A DNA stretch of 64,000 bases from an uncultured Chloroflexia bacterium (GCA_963695415.1 CAVOGL010000024.1:124802-188801); one strand, 5' to 3'. Positions 16,112 to 25,717 are shown, numbered from the stretch's first letter. The notes: generated by a model not told the origin, from the letters alone. Numbers and translations: made by a program.

Positions 16112-17690
16112 AGGAAAAGCTGCAGGCATTTCGCCATCGTCCAGCCGCTGGATCGTTGCCAGGAAAGTCGTCCAGTATGCCTGCCTGCTGGCTTTTATCG
16201 TCCTGTTCTTCGCTGCACGTCGCAGCGGGCTCGGGTCCACCCAGGATTCCCTCCCTGGATGGGTCAACCTGCCCATGCGCCTGGACCCCCTGCTCATCCT
16301 GGCAAACCTGTTCTCCAGCCGCGTCTTCCTGGCAGGCTCAGCCTTAGCCCTGCTCACGATTCTCCTGACCCTGGTCTTCGGGCGCGCCTGGTGCGGCTGG
16401 GTCTGCCCCCTGGGCACCCTCCTCGATCTTTTCTCGCTGAAGCGCTGGCGCGGGCATCGCCAGCCGCCTTCTGAAAACTGGCGCGCTGCCAAGTACGGCT
16501 TGCTGATCGTGATCCTGGTCGCCGCGCTGCTGGGCAACCTGGCGCTGCTCGCCCTCGATCCCCTCACCCTCCTCTTCCGCACCCTCACCACCAGCCTGCT
16601 GCCGGCTCTGGATTGGGCATTCACCCGCCTGGAGATCTTTCTTTACCCGCTTCCCTTCCTGTCCGGTGCAGTGTCAACCCTGGATGGCTGGATCCGTCCG
16701 CTCATCCTTCCCTCCGAGCCGGTTTATTACCGCAATGTGATCGTATTCACGGGCATCTTCCTCGGCGTGATCGCCCTCAACCTGCTGGCAGAGCGCTTCT
16801 GGTGCCGCTACCTTTGCCCTCTCGGCGCCATGCTCGGGCTGTTTTCCAAGGTCGCCCTGTTCCGCCGCCAGGTGGGAGAGGACTGCCGCGGCTGTGCCCT
16901 GTGCGAGAAATCCTGCCCCACCGGCACCATCGATCCGCAGAAGGGCTACTCCAGCGACCCGGCTGAGTGCACCATGTGCCTGGACTGCCTGGAAGCCTGC
17001 CCGCGCAGCCTGATCGCCTTCCAGCCGCGCCTGTCGGCAGCGCCCTGGAACCATTACGACCCCGGGCGCAGGGAGTTCTTGCTCTCCGCGGGCGCCGCCA
17101 TCGCCGCTCTGGCGCTGCTGCGTTCCAGCAGCCTGGCAAAGCGCCAGCCCCCGCACCTGCTTCGCCCGCCTGGCTCGCGCGAAAGCAACCAGGATGCGCT
17201 GGAGATGGAGCGCTGCATCCGCTGCGGGGAGTGCCTGCGCGCCTGCCCGACCAGCGCACTTCAGCCTGCCATGCTTGAAGCCGGATTTCAAGGGCACGCT
17301 ACCCCGCTCCTCGTCCCCCGCCTGGGTTACTGTGACTATGCCTGCAACGCCTGCGGTCAGATCTGCCCGGTGCAGGCGATTCCCCCTCTGAGCCTGGAGC
17401 AGAAACGCACACAGGTTATCGGCAAAGCTTACATCGACCAGAACCGCTGTATCCCCTGGGCAGACCAGCAGACCTGCCTCGTCTGCGAAGAGATGTGCCC
17501 CATCCCCGAGAAAGCCATCCTCCTCGAGACGCAGGAAGTGTACAATGCGCAGGGAGAGCGGGTCAGCGTGCAGGTTCCCCGGGTAGTGCGCGAGCGTTGT
17601 ATCGGCTGCGGCATCTGCGAATACAAGTGCCCCCTCAACGGCGAGGCCGCCATCCGCGTCTTTGTCCCCCAGACCTTCATTCCCTTTTAA
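16095..17690 (+). CDS. membrane-bound polyferredoxin (NapH/YccM-like, multiple 4Fe-4S)
   Basis: TM helices with GRAWCGWVCPLG and FWCRYLCPLG; CxxCxxCxxxCP motifs (CRGCALCEKSCP, CIRCGECLRACP, CIGCGICEYKCP, others). No ATG; TTG at 16095 overlapping the DUF362 stop is my best start guess. Confidence 0.7.
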   Translation: MKRSRKGKAAGISPSSSRWIVARKVVQYACLLAFIVLFFAARRSGLGSTQDSLPGWVNLPMRLDPLLILANLFSSRVFLAGSALALLTILLTLVFGRAWCGWVCPLGTLLDLFSLKRWRGHRQPPSENWRAAKYGLLIVILVAALLGNLALLALDPLTLLFRTLTTSLLPALDWAFTRLEIFLYPLPFLSGAVSTLDGWIRPLILPSEPVYYRNVIVFTGIFLGVIALNLLAERFWCRYLCPLGAMLGLFSKVALFRRQVGEDCRGCALCEKSCPTGTIDPQKGYSSDPAECTMCLDCLEACPRSLIAFQPRLSAAPWNHYDPGRREFLLSAGAAIAALALLRSSSLAKRQPPHLLRPPGSRESNQDALEMERCIRCGECLRACPTSALQPAMLEAGFQGHATPLLVPRLGYCDYACNACGQICPVQAIPPLSLEQKRTQVIGKAYIDQNRCIPWADQQTCLVCEEMCPIPEKAILLETQEVYNAQGERVSVQVPRVVRERCIGCGICEYKCPLNGEAAIRVFVPQTFIPF

Positions 17691-17740
17691 CGCCCGAGTA
17701 TTAAAAATAATATTTCTTTGCCATATTTGTTTTAATCGCT

Positions 17741-17770
17741 TATTCGAAACATTCGTGTTAAAAATCCCCC
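17741..17770 (+). repeat. CATTCG / GTTAAAAAyCCCC box copy
   Basis: tattcgaaacattcgtgttaaaaatcccccc; related to 13062-13109, 14902-14948, 57568-57620. Confidence 0.5.
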
Positions 17771-17837
17771 CATTCCACCCGGATTTGAAACCGGTATAAT
17801 GAGCACTCACCTTAGAATCCCAGGAGGCAACCAGCTC

Positions 17838-18545
17838 ATGCCGAAAGCAGCATTCGAAGTATTTCCCCAAAGCACGATTACCTTCCTCCAGCAGCTGGAG
17901 CAGAATAACAACCGTGAGTGGTTCGCTCAACACAAGCAGGAATACATTGACAACGTCCAGGTCCCTTCCCTGGCGTTCATTGAAGCGATGGCGGCACGCC
18001 TGAAAGGCATCTCACCCAATATCGTCTTCGATACCCGCACCAACGGCTCCGGATCCCTGATGCGCATCTACCGTGACGTCCGCTTCAGCCCTGATAAAAC
18101 TCCTTTCAACACCAATCTGGGCATCGTTTTCTGGGAGGGTGAGGGCAGGAAAAACGAAAATCCGGGGTTCTACTTCGATGTGGAAACCAGGGGGGTGGGC
18201 TTTTACGCGGGCATGTACGGCTTCAATAAGGAGATGCTGGAGGCATTCCGCTCTGCAGTCCTGGATGAAGAAATGGGTGCGGAGCTCGAAACCGCCCTCC
18301 AGTCCGTACGCTCAGCCGGATACCAGGTGGGCGGTGAGCATTTCAAGCGTGTGCCGCGCGGCTTCGATCCCGACCACCCGCGCGCCCACCTGCTTTTATA
18401 TAACACCCTCTATGCCTGGATCATGGAGCCGGACCCCTTCCTGATCACCCGTCCGGGTCTGCTGGACCTGGCTTTCAACCACTGGCAGAAGATGGCGCCC
18501 ATCCACCGCTGGTTGGTGAAGTTGACATGTTTTTCTCCTTTATGA
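17838..18545 (+). CDS. DUF2461 (TIGR02453) family protein
   Basis: FLQQLEQNNNREWFAQHKQEY and RIYRDVRFSPDKTPF signatures; AGGAGG 11 nt upstream of ATG 17838. Confidence 0.8.
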   Translation: MPKAAFEVFPQSTITFLQQLEQNNNREWFAQHKQEYIDNVQVPSLAFIEAMAARLKGISPNIVFDTRTNGSGSLMRIYRDVRFSPDKTPFNTNLGIVFWEGEGRKNENPGFYFDVETRGVGFYAGMYGFNKEMLEAFRSAVLDEEMGAELETALQSVRSAGYQVGGEHFKRVPRGFDPDHPRAHLLLYNTLYAWIMEPDPFLITRPGLLDLAFNHWQKMAPIHRWLVKLTCFSPL

Positions 18546-18653
18546 ATATCTCGAAATTCAGTCTCTAAAGCCATAACATTTTTGCCATTTTTTCGACCTA
18601 TTGGTTAAAGATACATGATCAGGTTCGGCATTTTGGTTCTATAAGGAGAAAAA

Positions 18654-19565
18654 ATGTTCAAAAAAATAATGATCGCATTGCTTTTGGTCTCGTTCGCAGC
18701 GGTTGGCATTTTCAGCGTAGCTAATGGTGCCGGTTCGTGGAGTCCGTTCCAGAATCAGGATCAGGCGGCAAAGTTGGTTGTGCAATCTGCGGAAACATCC
18801 GATGAATATCTCGATTTCGTTCAGGAGAGCATCTTCCTTGTTGGTGGCGACCTGGACGATTTAGAGAATCCGCAGGATGATCTGGAAGATGGCGAAGAAG
18901 AATTCAACCCGGAAGAGGATGTATATTGCAATGGAACTGCGACAAGTCCACATCCCGTAGGCACAAAACTGGCAGAGCTGTACCTGGTTTCTTATGAGGA
19001 AATCATGAGCTGGTACTGCCTCGGCTGGGGTTTTGGTGAGATTGCCATCGCCTACACCATCAGCATGGACAGCCTGACTCCGGTCGCCGACCTCTTCGCC
19101 ATGCATGAATCCGGCATGGGCTGGGGCGAGATCATGATGGAGCTCGGGTATGAACCGGGCGATTTCCCCAAGAAATTAAAACTTGCTCAACAGGAAAAGA
19201 ATTGGTGCGAAGTTGATCTTGAGTTTTCGAAAATTGCCAGGCTTGCTGAAAAGCTGGGTCTTGCCACCGAGGAAGTGACCGCTTGGTTGTGCGAAGACAG
19301 CGCCAATATCGGCATGTTGCAAAAGGCGGCAAGCCTCGCTGCCGAATTGGGCGTCCCCCTCGACGAGATCATCGCTAAACGTCAGGATGGGATGTCCTGG
19401 GGCGAGATCTTCAAGGAATACGACAAGATTCCTGCCAACCACAACCAGGAAAAGAAAGGGGAACCAAACCCCTCAACGTCGAACAAAAATCAATCCAATC
19501 CTGGGAATTCACCGGACAACGGTAACAAGAACGGTTCGCAGAAAAACGGCAAGTCAAAACCATAG
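18654..19565 (+). CDS. secreted hypothetical protein with repeated G(M/W)xWGEI motifs
   Basis: 303-aa ORF; signal peptide MFKKIMIALLLVSFAAVGIFSVANG; motifs GWGFGEIAIAY, GMGWGEIMMELG, GMSWGEIFKEYD; basic/Asn-rich tail. Confidence 0.6.
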   Translation: MFKKIMIALLLVSFAAVGIFSVANGAGSWSPFQNQDQAAKLVVQSAETSDEYLDFVQESIFLVGGDLDDLENPQDDLEDGEEEFNPEEDVYCNGTATSPHPVGTKLAELYLVSYEEIMSWYCLGWGFGEIAIAYTISMDSLTPVADLFAMHESGMGWGEIMMELGYEPGDFPKKLKLAQQEKNWCEVDLEFSKIARLAEKLGLATEEVTAWLCEDSANIGMLQKAASLAAELGVPLDEIIAKRQDGMSWGEIFKEYDKIPANHNQEKKGEPNPSTSNKNQSNPGNSPDNGNKNGSQKNGKSKP

Positions 19566-19590
19566 CCCTCCTGCCTCGCACCCAGTTTAA

Positions 19591-19623
19591 AGACCCGAAG
19601 GATTTTCAAAACCCTTCGGGTCT
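19591..19623. terminator. stem-loop between convergent genes (possible bidirectional terminator)
   Basis: perfect 11-bp stem AGACCCGAAGG/CCTTCGGGTCT, 11-nt loop; weak T-tracts on both sides. Confidence 0.5.
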
Positions 19624-19641
19624 GCATATCTGCATATCCCC

Positions 19642-19716
19642 CCTTTAGGGGGGATTGAGGGGGGTGCCTTTAGTGGGGATTGAGGGGGGTGCCTTTAGGG
19701 GGGATTGAGGGGGGTC
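19642..19716 (+). repeat. 3 x 25-nt G-rich tandem repeat overlapping the stop codon of the PNPOx-like gene
   Basis: cctttaggggggattgaggggggtg x3 (one mismatch in unit 2); unit 3 contains the last codons and TAA of 19695-20192. Confidence 0.9.
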
Positions 19717-20192
19717 ACCATCGCCCTGCCTCGTGCCTTCTCCGGGTACCTCATCTCCATCAATGAAACTCCCACCCCGTACGTGATGAAATCTCCGATT
19801 GGCTCGATCGCGATCACCGCAGTGGAATCCAAAATATTACTGTCCAGTTCGAGTCCTCGGAACAGTGCCTTCAGAACATCCTCGCCGACCTCGTCAGGCT
19901 TGAGCAGGCTTGCCTTGCCCGAAAACGAGATCGTCGCCGCTGGAATTTTTATCCACGGCATCAAGGGTATCCGTTTGGCGATCGCCACGGTCAAAGAGAC
20001 ACTGGGGTTGCTGCGGATATGCCGTACTTTCCACGCGTCTTTCTCTGAAGAGACATAAAGCTTCTGCTCATTCACGATATACACAACGCCAACCGTGCGC
20101 GCCTCGCCCTTTGCTGTCACCATTCCCAGGACGGCGAAGATTTCTTTCTCCAGTTCCTTCCAGACAAGCTCGCTGGTGATTTGGTTTGCCAT
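19695..20192 (-). CDS. pyridoxamine 5'-phosphate oxidase-like FMN-binding family protein
   Basis: 165-aa ORF; split-barrel PNPOx-like pattern (FAVLGMVTAKGEARTVGVVYIV...RSNPSVSLTV). Confidence 0.7.
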   Translation of the reverse strand: MANQITSELVWKELEKEIFAVLGMVTAKGEARTVGVVYIVNEQKLYVSSEKDAWKVRHIRSNPSVSLTVAIAKRIPLMPWIKIPAATISFSGKASLLKPDEVGEDVLKALFRGLELDSNILDSTAVIAIEPIGDFITYGVGVSLMEMRYPEKARGRAMVTPLNPP

Positions 20193-20223
20193 TAAAAAGC
20201 TCCTTTAGTTTGTTTATTTGCCT

Positions 20224-20986
20224 GCACTGAACGAAAAGCGGATTGCGTTTCGCGCGCAGTTGTCCACGCAGGTCCCGCACAGGATACATTCCGAGTTTTC
20301 CATTTTTCCCAACTGCACCATGCCGTTCACGTCCAGGCTCATCGGGCAGTTCTTTGTGCACAGTCTTGCAGTCCTTGCAGGCGGATGCGTCTGCCTTCAG
20401 CCGCAGTGAGGGCCAGTCGAAGCGGTTGCGCACCCAGCGCCCGATCATCATGAACGGCGCCATCCAGCAGATGGTATGGCAGCCAGCCCTCCGTCCGGCG
20501 ATGACCGCCACAACCGACGAACAGGGCGATCACGAAATAGTAGATGATGTAGGCAAAAAGGATCGGGCGGTCTGGTGAGCCTGCCACCGAGATGCCGTTC
20601 TCGGTGTGGTAGAAGAGGTCGACGCTGGAATAACCACCCGCACGAACCGCCAGAAAGAACGATCAGGCTGACCCACGGGACCCAGATCAGCCACTTGATC
20701 CAGTCGATCCTGCGCCCATTCACCGCTTTGTTGTTGACCGGCTCGACGATCTCCTGCATCCCCCCGCCCGGGCACACCCACCCGCACCAGGCGCGCCCCA
20801 GGAACAGCGACGAGACGAACATCAGCCCGAACATGATCAGGCTGCCGTTGACGATCCCGTTCATGGCCCCGTCGATGATGACATACGGTGAAAGAAAGTT
20901 CATCGTGATCGGGAAGGACAGGAAAGCAGGATCACAATCCCCTTGCGGATACGTTGACGCAGTGGTAGTTGTTTGTTCATTGCCAT
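20224..20986 (-). pseudogene. membrane 4Fe-4S protein (YccM/NapH-like), about 4 frameshifts
   Basis: five frame segments join into MAMNKQLPLRQRIRKGIVILLS / FLSFPITMNF...GRAWCGWVCPGGGMQEIV...SLIVL / FFLAVRAGGYSS...YFVIALFV / ...GCHTICWMAPFMMIGRW...CKDCKT / CTKNCPMSLDV...CILCGTCVDNCARNAIRFSFSAGK*. Confidence 0.7.
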
Positions 20987-20987
20987 C

Positions 20988-21574
20988 TCAATCTCCTATT
21001 CTTGCGGTACTTCGCCGTTTCGGATGCGTGTCGATGACATTTTCAGCCCATTCCAGGTTGGCGCGCAGGTTACGCATGCCGTTGTCCAGCGTCAGCATCC
21101 AGAAGAAAGTGCTCGCGTGGTGATGGGATTTCATGCTTGTACGGCCTCGATGCTTACCGGGCACCTGTTCATACTGGGCCAGGATGGCGCGCATGATCGA
21201 TGGCATAATCCTTCGAATTTGGCCAGAAGCCTCATCGTCGCGCGATCATGCCCAGCGAAAGAAGACCTGGATGAGCGGTGCGCTGCGTGGCTCCATCCAT
21301 CGGCGGCGGACCCGCCAGCCACTTGCAGCAATTCAGCCCGTCCATCAGCGGTGATGTGATAGACCTTGCGGTCCGGGCGGTTTTCCTGGTCGACCTTTTC
21401 CACCTGCGCATAACCTTGTTCGGTCAGGCGGTTGAGGGTGCGGTAGATCTGGCTCTGGTCGGCGGGCCAGAAGTGCTGCACGGAAGTGTCAAAGATTTTC
21501 TTCAGATCATAGCCCGAGTAGGGGTGGTAGTTGAGAAATCCGAGGATTGCATGTTCAAGCGACATACAAGACAC
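20988..21574 (-). pseudogene. PadR-family transcriptional regulator, up to 4 frameshifts in the C-terminal half
   Basis: intact wHTH (LEHAILGFLNYHPYSGYDLKKIF...QSQIYRTLNRLTEQGY...KVYHITADGRAEL). C-terminal domain only readable by frame hopping (WLAGPPPMDG / PLIQVFF / AGHDRATMRLLAKFEG / IMRAILAQYEQ...FWMLTLDNGMRNLRANLEWAENVI). Confidence 0.7.
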
Positions 21575-21755
21575 TCCTTATATAAGACTATACATATATA
21601 ATATTAGTATAATAGTAAAATTGTCTTACGTCAAGACCGCAGCTTAGAAAAAATAGGAGATAACATTCGTCTGTATTTTTAGGTTTTATCAAGTTGGAAC
21701 GCCTTTTAGCGTTTTTATTCCCCCAATAAGAGGATAACAATTCATTGAATAAAGA

Positions 21756-22684
21756 TTATCCCACCATGCGGCACCATTCGATGGTTTCCCGAACAGCCTG
21801 TACCATCGAGGTGGGTTTGATCCCAAACGCCTGTTCAGCTTTGCTGCTGTCGATGACATACGGAGAAGTCCACTGCAAACATCATCTCACCAACCTCCGC
21901 AATTTCTTTATTGAATAATCCCAGCAGCCGAATCATCAAGGGTCCACCATAACGGATCTTTACAGGTGTGCCCAGTTCAGCAGCGAGCATCTGCATGAAA
22001 TCATCCTGCGTCACTGGCGGATTGGTTGGTGCGAACCAGACTTCCCCCATGGCATCATCATGGGTGCCGAGAGTTGCCAGCAATCTTCCAAAATCCGCCA
22101 GGTAGGTAAAGGAATGCGGCTGGTCTCTCCTCCCCACCAGGTTGGCGGTTTTCCCCTGAACCAAAGGCAGGATCGTGTATTCGGTGAAATCAAAATCATC
22201 CGGACCGAAGAAATCGGACGCTCTGCCAACCGCCGCCCTGACTCTGCCCTTCTCGTGCGCCTCCTGTACTGCGCGTGCCATCTCCGCCCGGACATTGCCC
22301 TTGCGGGTATTCGCTGCGATTGGTGACTCCTCGCGAAGTATCCCTTTGAAATGCCCGTACATGTAAAGATTGTCACCCACCACCAGCTTCGCCCCATTTC
22401 TAGATGCGGTTTCCAGAATAGCTGTCTGGAGAGGCGGGAATTTTTCCGCCCATTCGTAATACTCGGGTTGCGCGCACTGGTAGATAGTCGTGGCATCCAT
22501 GGTGATTTTCACGTTATTCTCCAGGTCATACGCATCCGCAGCGATGACCTCCACGCCCTTCGGCAGCCTGTCTGACTTTCCGGTGCGATTGACCATTCGC
22601 ACCCTCTTCCCCTGGCTGGCAAGTTCACGCTGCTGTCCATTTGCCCAGGGGTCCAGTGCCAAAAATCACGTGCAGTTCATTCAT
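21756..22684 (-). pseudogene. NAD-dependent epimerase/dehydratase (SDR) family protein, 2 frameshifts
   Basis: MNELHVIFGTGPLGKW (Rossmann GxGxxG) stops after 19 codons. The main ORF 21835-22662 continues RELASQGKRVRMVNR... A C-terminal shift near 21885 restores ...SPYVIDSSKAEQAFGIKPTSMVQAVRETIEWCRMVG*. Confidence 0.7.
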
Positions 22685-23393
22685 TCTGTTGTCCTCTTTC
22701 ATTGATAAAATATTGGATTTTTATGTGTTCGATCTCGCGGCGAAAAACATCGCCCGGATCGGTGATAAAAGAAGGCATGTGCCCTCCAATCTCCATCGAT
22801 ACCAGCCCGTGCACCCGGCTCCAGATGACCAGCGCCGCATACAGCACCTCTATTTCTGCGTTTCCGGCGACCTGGCTGCCAGGCAGCCAGCATGGCTTTG
22901 AGTTCCGGCGTCCTCGTGGTTGCCGGATCTACCCGCATCCTGCCAGACTGGTAGGTGGCAAGCAGTGTCATGATCAGTGGTTTCAGGGCACCCGACGCAG
23001 CGGGAAGTGTGATCTCTTCTGGTGCGTGGTAACCCGGGATCGGTGTGCCGAAGATCAGCTGGTATCGCTGCGGGTATGTAATCCCCCAGTTCCGGTATGC
23101 CAGTCCCAGTTCTGTGATCCTTTCCTCATGCTTCATCCGGCTTAATTTTCTCCATCCTCTGTTTCCCCAAGAAGGATGACGAACAAAGCGTCCACGATTA
23201 GCGCTGTCACCAGCGCATCACGGTCGGGATAATAGTTATAGATCGCCGGGGCTGTAATGCCCAGCTTTCGGGCGATCGCCCTAAGGCTTAGTGCAGCCGT
23301 TCCCGCTTCTGCAATTTGTTCCCAGGCGGTAGCTTTGATGCTTTCCGCCAGATTGGGAAGTTGGTCGTTTTTTCGATCGGTCGAGCGTGACAT
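22677..23393 (-). pseudogene. TetR-family regulator, about 3 frameshifts; stop overlaps SDR start
   Basis: HTH LSLRAIARKLGITAPAIYNYYPDRDALV. The C-terminal domain is split into ...KHEERITELGLAYRNWGITYPQRYQLIFGTPIPGY... and QVAGNAEIEVLYAALVIWSRVHGLVSMEIGGHMPSFITDPGDVFRREIEHI in another frame. Confidence 0.7.
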
Positions 23394-23406
23394 GTTTTAT
23401 CCTTAT

Positions 23407-23441
23407 AAATAAACACTGTAATATATACTCAGCGTTTATTT
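23407..23441. promoter_or_regulatory. candidate TetR operator
   Basis: inverted repeat AAATAAACACTG - 11 nt - CAGCGTTTATTT (11/12 complementary), 14 nt upstream of the tetR start. Confidence 0.45.
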
Positions 23442-23602
23442 AATTTTTGTCAAGGGCGAATATTTCTCAACCGCAAAAAAGTTGAGAATAGGTTTGGACT
23501 TTTTCTTACCTGGGAAGGAGACCTCCGTCACTTCGACTGGATTTCCTGGGTTGATCGGTCCATAATGATCATCAGAGATGTACCACGGGGAAAAATAAAA
23601 AA

Positions 23603-23629
23603 CAGGACAGCTGATATTCACCTGTCCTG
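23603..23629 (-). terminator. rho-independent terminator of csp (23656-23862)
   Basis: stem CAGGACAG/CTGTCCTG followed on the minus strand by TTTTTTATTTTT. Confidence 0.65.
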
Positions 23630-23655
23630 CTCTGGTTCGCCAAAATAGGGGCGTT

Positions 23656-23862
23656 TTATATGGGCATTACTTCCTGTGCCTGCGGTCCTTTCGCTGCCTG
23701 AACAACGGTGAACTCAACCCGCTGTCCTTCGGTGAGGGACTTATAGCCTTCACCAACGATGGCATTGAAATGGACAAAAACGTCCCCGCCTGCATCGCGC
23801 TCGATGAAGCCGTAGCCTTTTGTAGCATTGAACCATTTAACCGTACCTTGCTCTTTCGCCAT
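23656..23862 (-). CDS. csp: cold-shock protein (CspA family)
   Basis: 68 aa; [15 protein letters not shown] (RNP1) and VFVHF (RNP2). Confidence 0.95.
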   Translation of the reverse strand: MAKEQGTVKWFNATKGYGFIERDAGGDVFVHFNAIVGEGYKSLTEGQRVEFTVVQAAKGPQAQEVMPI

Positions 23863-24021
23863 AATGTGGAACTCCTTGAATCTAAAAAAAAGTCACTATG
23901 TTTTGCACAGGTTCCAAATCAAAGGCTGAGCTTTTTATCAGAACTTCTGTATAAACACTGCTTTAGTTTAGCATAAAATGAGTGACCACGCTATATCATT
24001 TTATAGATTTCTGGGGATATT

Positions 24022-25137
24022 TTATTGTACACGAGCAAGCTTGCGCCGCTCTAATGGGTGTCCCAGGAGCTTTTCAATCGTACGCACCATGGCTGCGTCG
24101 TCCTGCGTGGTGAGTGAGAGAGCTGTACCCAGTTTTTCCATCCTGCCTGTACGCCCAATACGGTGCGTATAAGCGACAGCGGTGTCAGGCATATCATAAT
24201 TAATCACATGAGATATTTGCGAAACATCGATACCCCTGGAAGCAATATCTGTCGCCACCAGGATTTTGATTTTACCGCTGCGGAAACCGTTCATCGCCTG
24301 CTCTCGCCGAGTTTGTGAAAGGTTACCTTGCAGTGAGGTTGCAGGCAGCCCTGCCTGTTCCAGTGTCCTGGCAAGTTTTTTGGCACGGTGTTTCGTGCGC
24401 GTGAAAACCAGCACTTTACCACTGCCACTCTGGCGTAGGATTTCCATCAGCAGTTCCGGTTTTTTGCTTTGCTCTACCGGGTACTGGGCATGACCGACGG
24501 TATCAACAGGCTGAGAATCACCCAGTTCGATCGCTACAGGTTTCTTTAAAAACTCATTCGCCAGCGAACGGATTTCCTTGGGCATGGTCGCAGAGAAGAG
24601 CAGTGTCTGGCGGTTTGAAGGCAGTTGATTCAGGATGCGCCTTATGTCGGGCAAAAAACCCATATCAAACATCTGATCGGCTTCATCCAGGACCAGGATT
24701 TCAATATTATTCAAGTTGGCCTCTCTCCGTCCTATCAGGTCCAGTAATCGACCCGGACAGGCAACCACAATTTCAACACCAGCACGCAATCTCTCGATCT
24801 GCGGTTGGGCGCCGACCCCGCCGTAAATGCTTACGCTGCGGAAACCTGTCTGGCGTCCAAGGATTTTTATATTTGCATGGGTTTGTTCTGCAAGCTCGCG
24901 AGTGGGTGATAAGATGAGCACGCGCAGCCTGCCCCGCGATCCACTCATAAGCCGCTGCAAGATAGGCAGGACAAATGCGGCTGTTTTCCCTGTTCCAGTT
25001 TGAGCCAGACCCAGTACATCGCGCCCAGCTAAAATAGGCGGGATGGCTTGCTGCTGGATTGGCGTGGGTGTGGAGTAGCCAGCATTTGAGATCCCCGACT
25101 TTATCCGGGGATGAAAATCAAACGTTTCAAAATTCAC
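24022..25137 (-). CDS. DEAD-box ATP-dependent RNA helicase
   Basis: 371 aa; Q-motif, AQTGTGKT, DEAD, SAT, HRIGRTGR. Confidence 0.9.
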   Translation of the reverse strand: MNFETFDFHPRIKSGISNAGYSTPTPIQQQAIPPILAGRDVLGLAQTGTGKTAAFVLPILQRLMSGSRGRLRVLILSPTRELAEQTHANIKILGRQTGFRSVSIYGGVGAQPQIERLRAGVEIVVACPGRLLDLIGRREANLNNIEILVLDEADQMFDMGFLPDIRRILNQLPSNRQTLLFSATMPKEIRSLANEFLKKPVAIELGDSQPVDTVGHAQYPVEQSKKPELLMEILRQSGSGKVLVFTRTKHRAKKLARTLEQAGLPATSLQGNLSQTRREQAMNGFRSGKIKILVATDIASRGIDVSQISHVINYDMPDTAVAYTHRIGRTGRMEKLGTALSLTTQDDAAMVRTIEKLLGHPLERRKLARVQ

Positions 25138-25292
25138 AATATTCCTTTAACATAAAACTAGTACGCTTTCAACGCTTTTACCCGCTGTATCTATAGTGGT
25201 TTTTGCGCGTTGAAAACGGTTGAATTTAAATAATGTGCATCCATCCATCTCAATAGGATAGATGCGCGCTTCCAATCAACGGGTACGCAGGT

Positions 25293-25622
25293 TTAGTACC
25301 GCCGCGAGCTCCCGCGATTGGTATTCTTGCGCTTGTTTTGGTAGTTGTTGCTGCTCCCACCCTGGTTACGTTCCTCGCGCGGACGGGCAACACTGACGTT
25401 CAGCTGTCGGTCGTTCATATACTGGCTGTTGAACATCTGGATTGCATTTTCCATCTCACTCTGGTTAGACATGACCACAAACGCAAATCCTTTCGACATC
25501 CCACTGGCTCGGTCTTTGATCAGGTCTACTGATTCGACCTTGCCAGCAGTTGCAAACAATGTGCGTAATTCATCTTCAGTTGTATCATACGAAAGGTTTC
25601 CTACATAAACCTTGGTTTCCAT
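25293..25622 (-). CDS. RRM-type RNA-binding protein with basic Gly/Asn/Arg tail
   Basis: RNP2 VYVGNL and RNP1 KGFAFVVM; ATG at 25622 preferred over track start 25700, which lies inside an upstream terminator. Confidence 0.85.
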   Translation of the reverse strand: METKVYVGNLSYDTTEDELRTLFATAGKVESVDLIKDRASGMSKGFAFVVMSNQSEMENAIQMFNSQYMNDRQLNVSVARPREERNQGGSSNNYQNKRKNTNRGSSRRY

Positions 25623-25650
25623 GAAAAAAAAATCTCCTTTGGTTATAACA

Positions 25651-25687
25651 AAATAAAAACCGCCAGCCTCACGGAGGGGGCTGGCGG
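25651..25687 (-). terminator. rho-independent terminator after carD
   Basis: stem CCGCCAGCC/GGCTGGCGG, 10-nt loop, then TTTTTATTTT on the minus strand. Confidence 0.7.
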
Positions 25688-25717
25688 TGACCGTACCCAA
25701 TAGTAAGTTCGCAGTGA

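Noticed and set aside
15419-17933. Long minus-strand ORFs 15419-16624 (401 aa) and 16674-17933 (419 aa)
   Set aside because: They are antisense to the well-supported DUF362 and polyferredoxin genes. They are Arg/Ala/Gly/Pro-rich low-complexity translations typical of the opposite strand of GC-rich coding DNA, with no recognisable motifs.
19642-19716. Possible CRISPR array
   Set aside because: Only three directly abutting 25-nt units with no spacers and no cas genes in the window; it is a simple tandem duplication.
23436-23621. 61-aa minus-strand ORF downstream of csp
   Set aside because: Its start lies inside the csp terminator hairpin. There is no RBS and no family resemblance. The region is better explained as terminator plus tetR promoter/operator.
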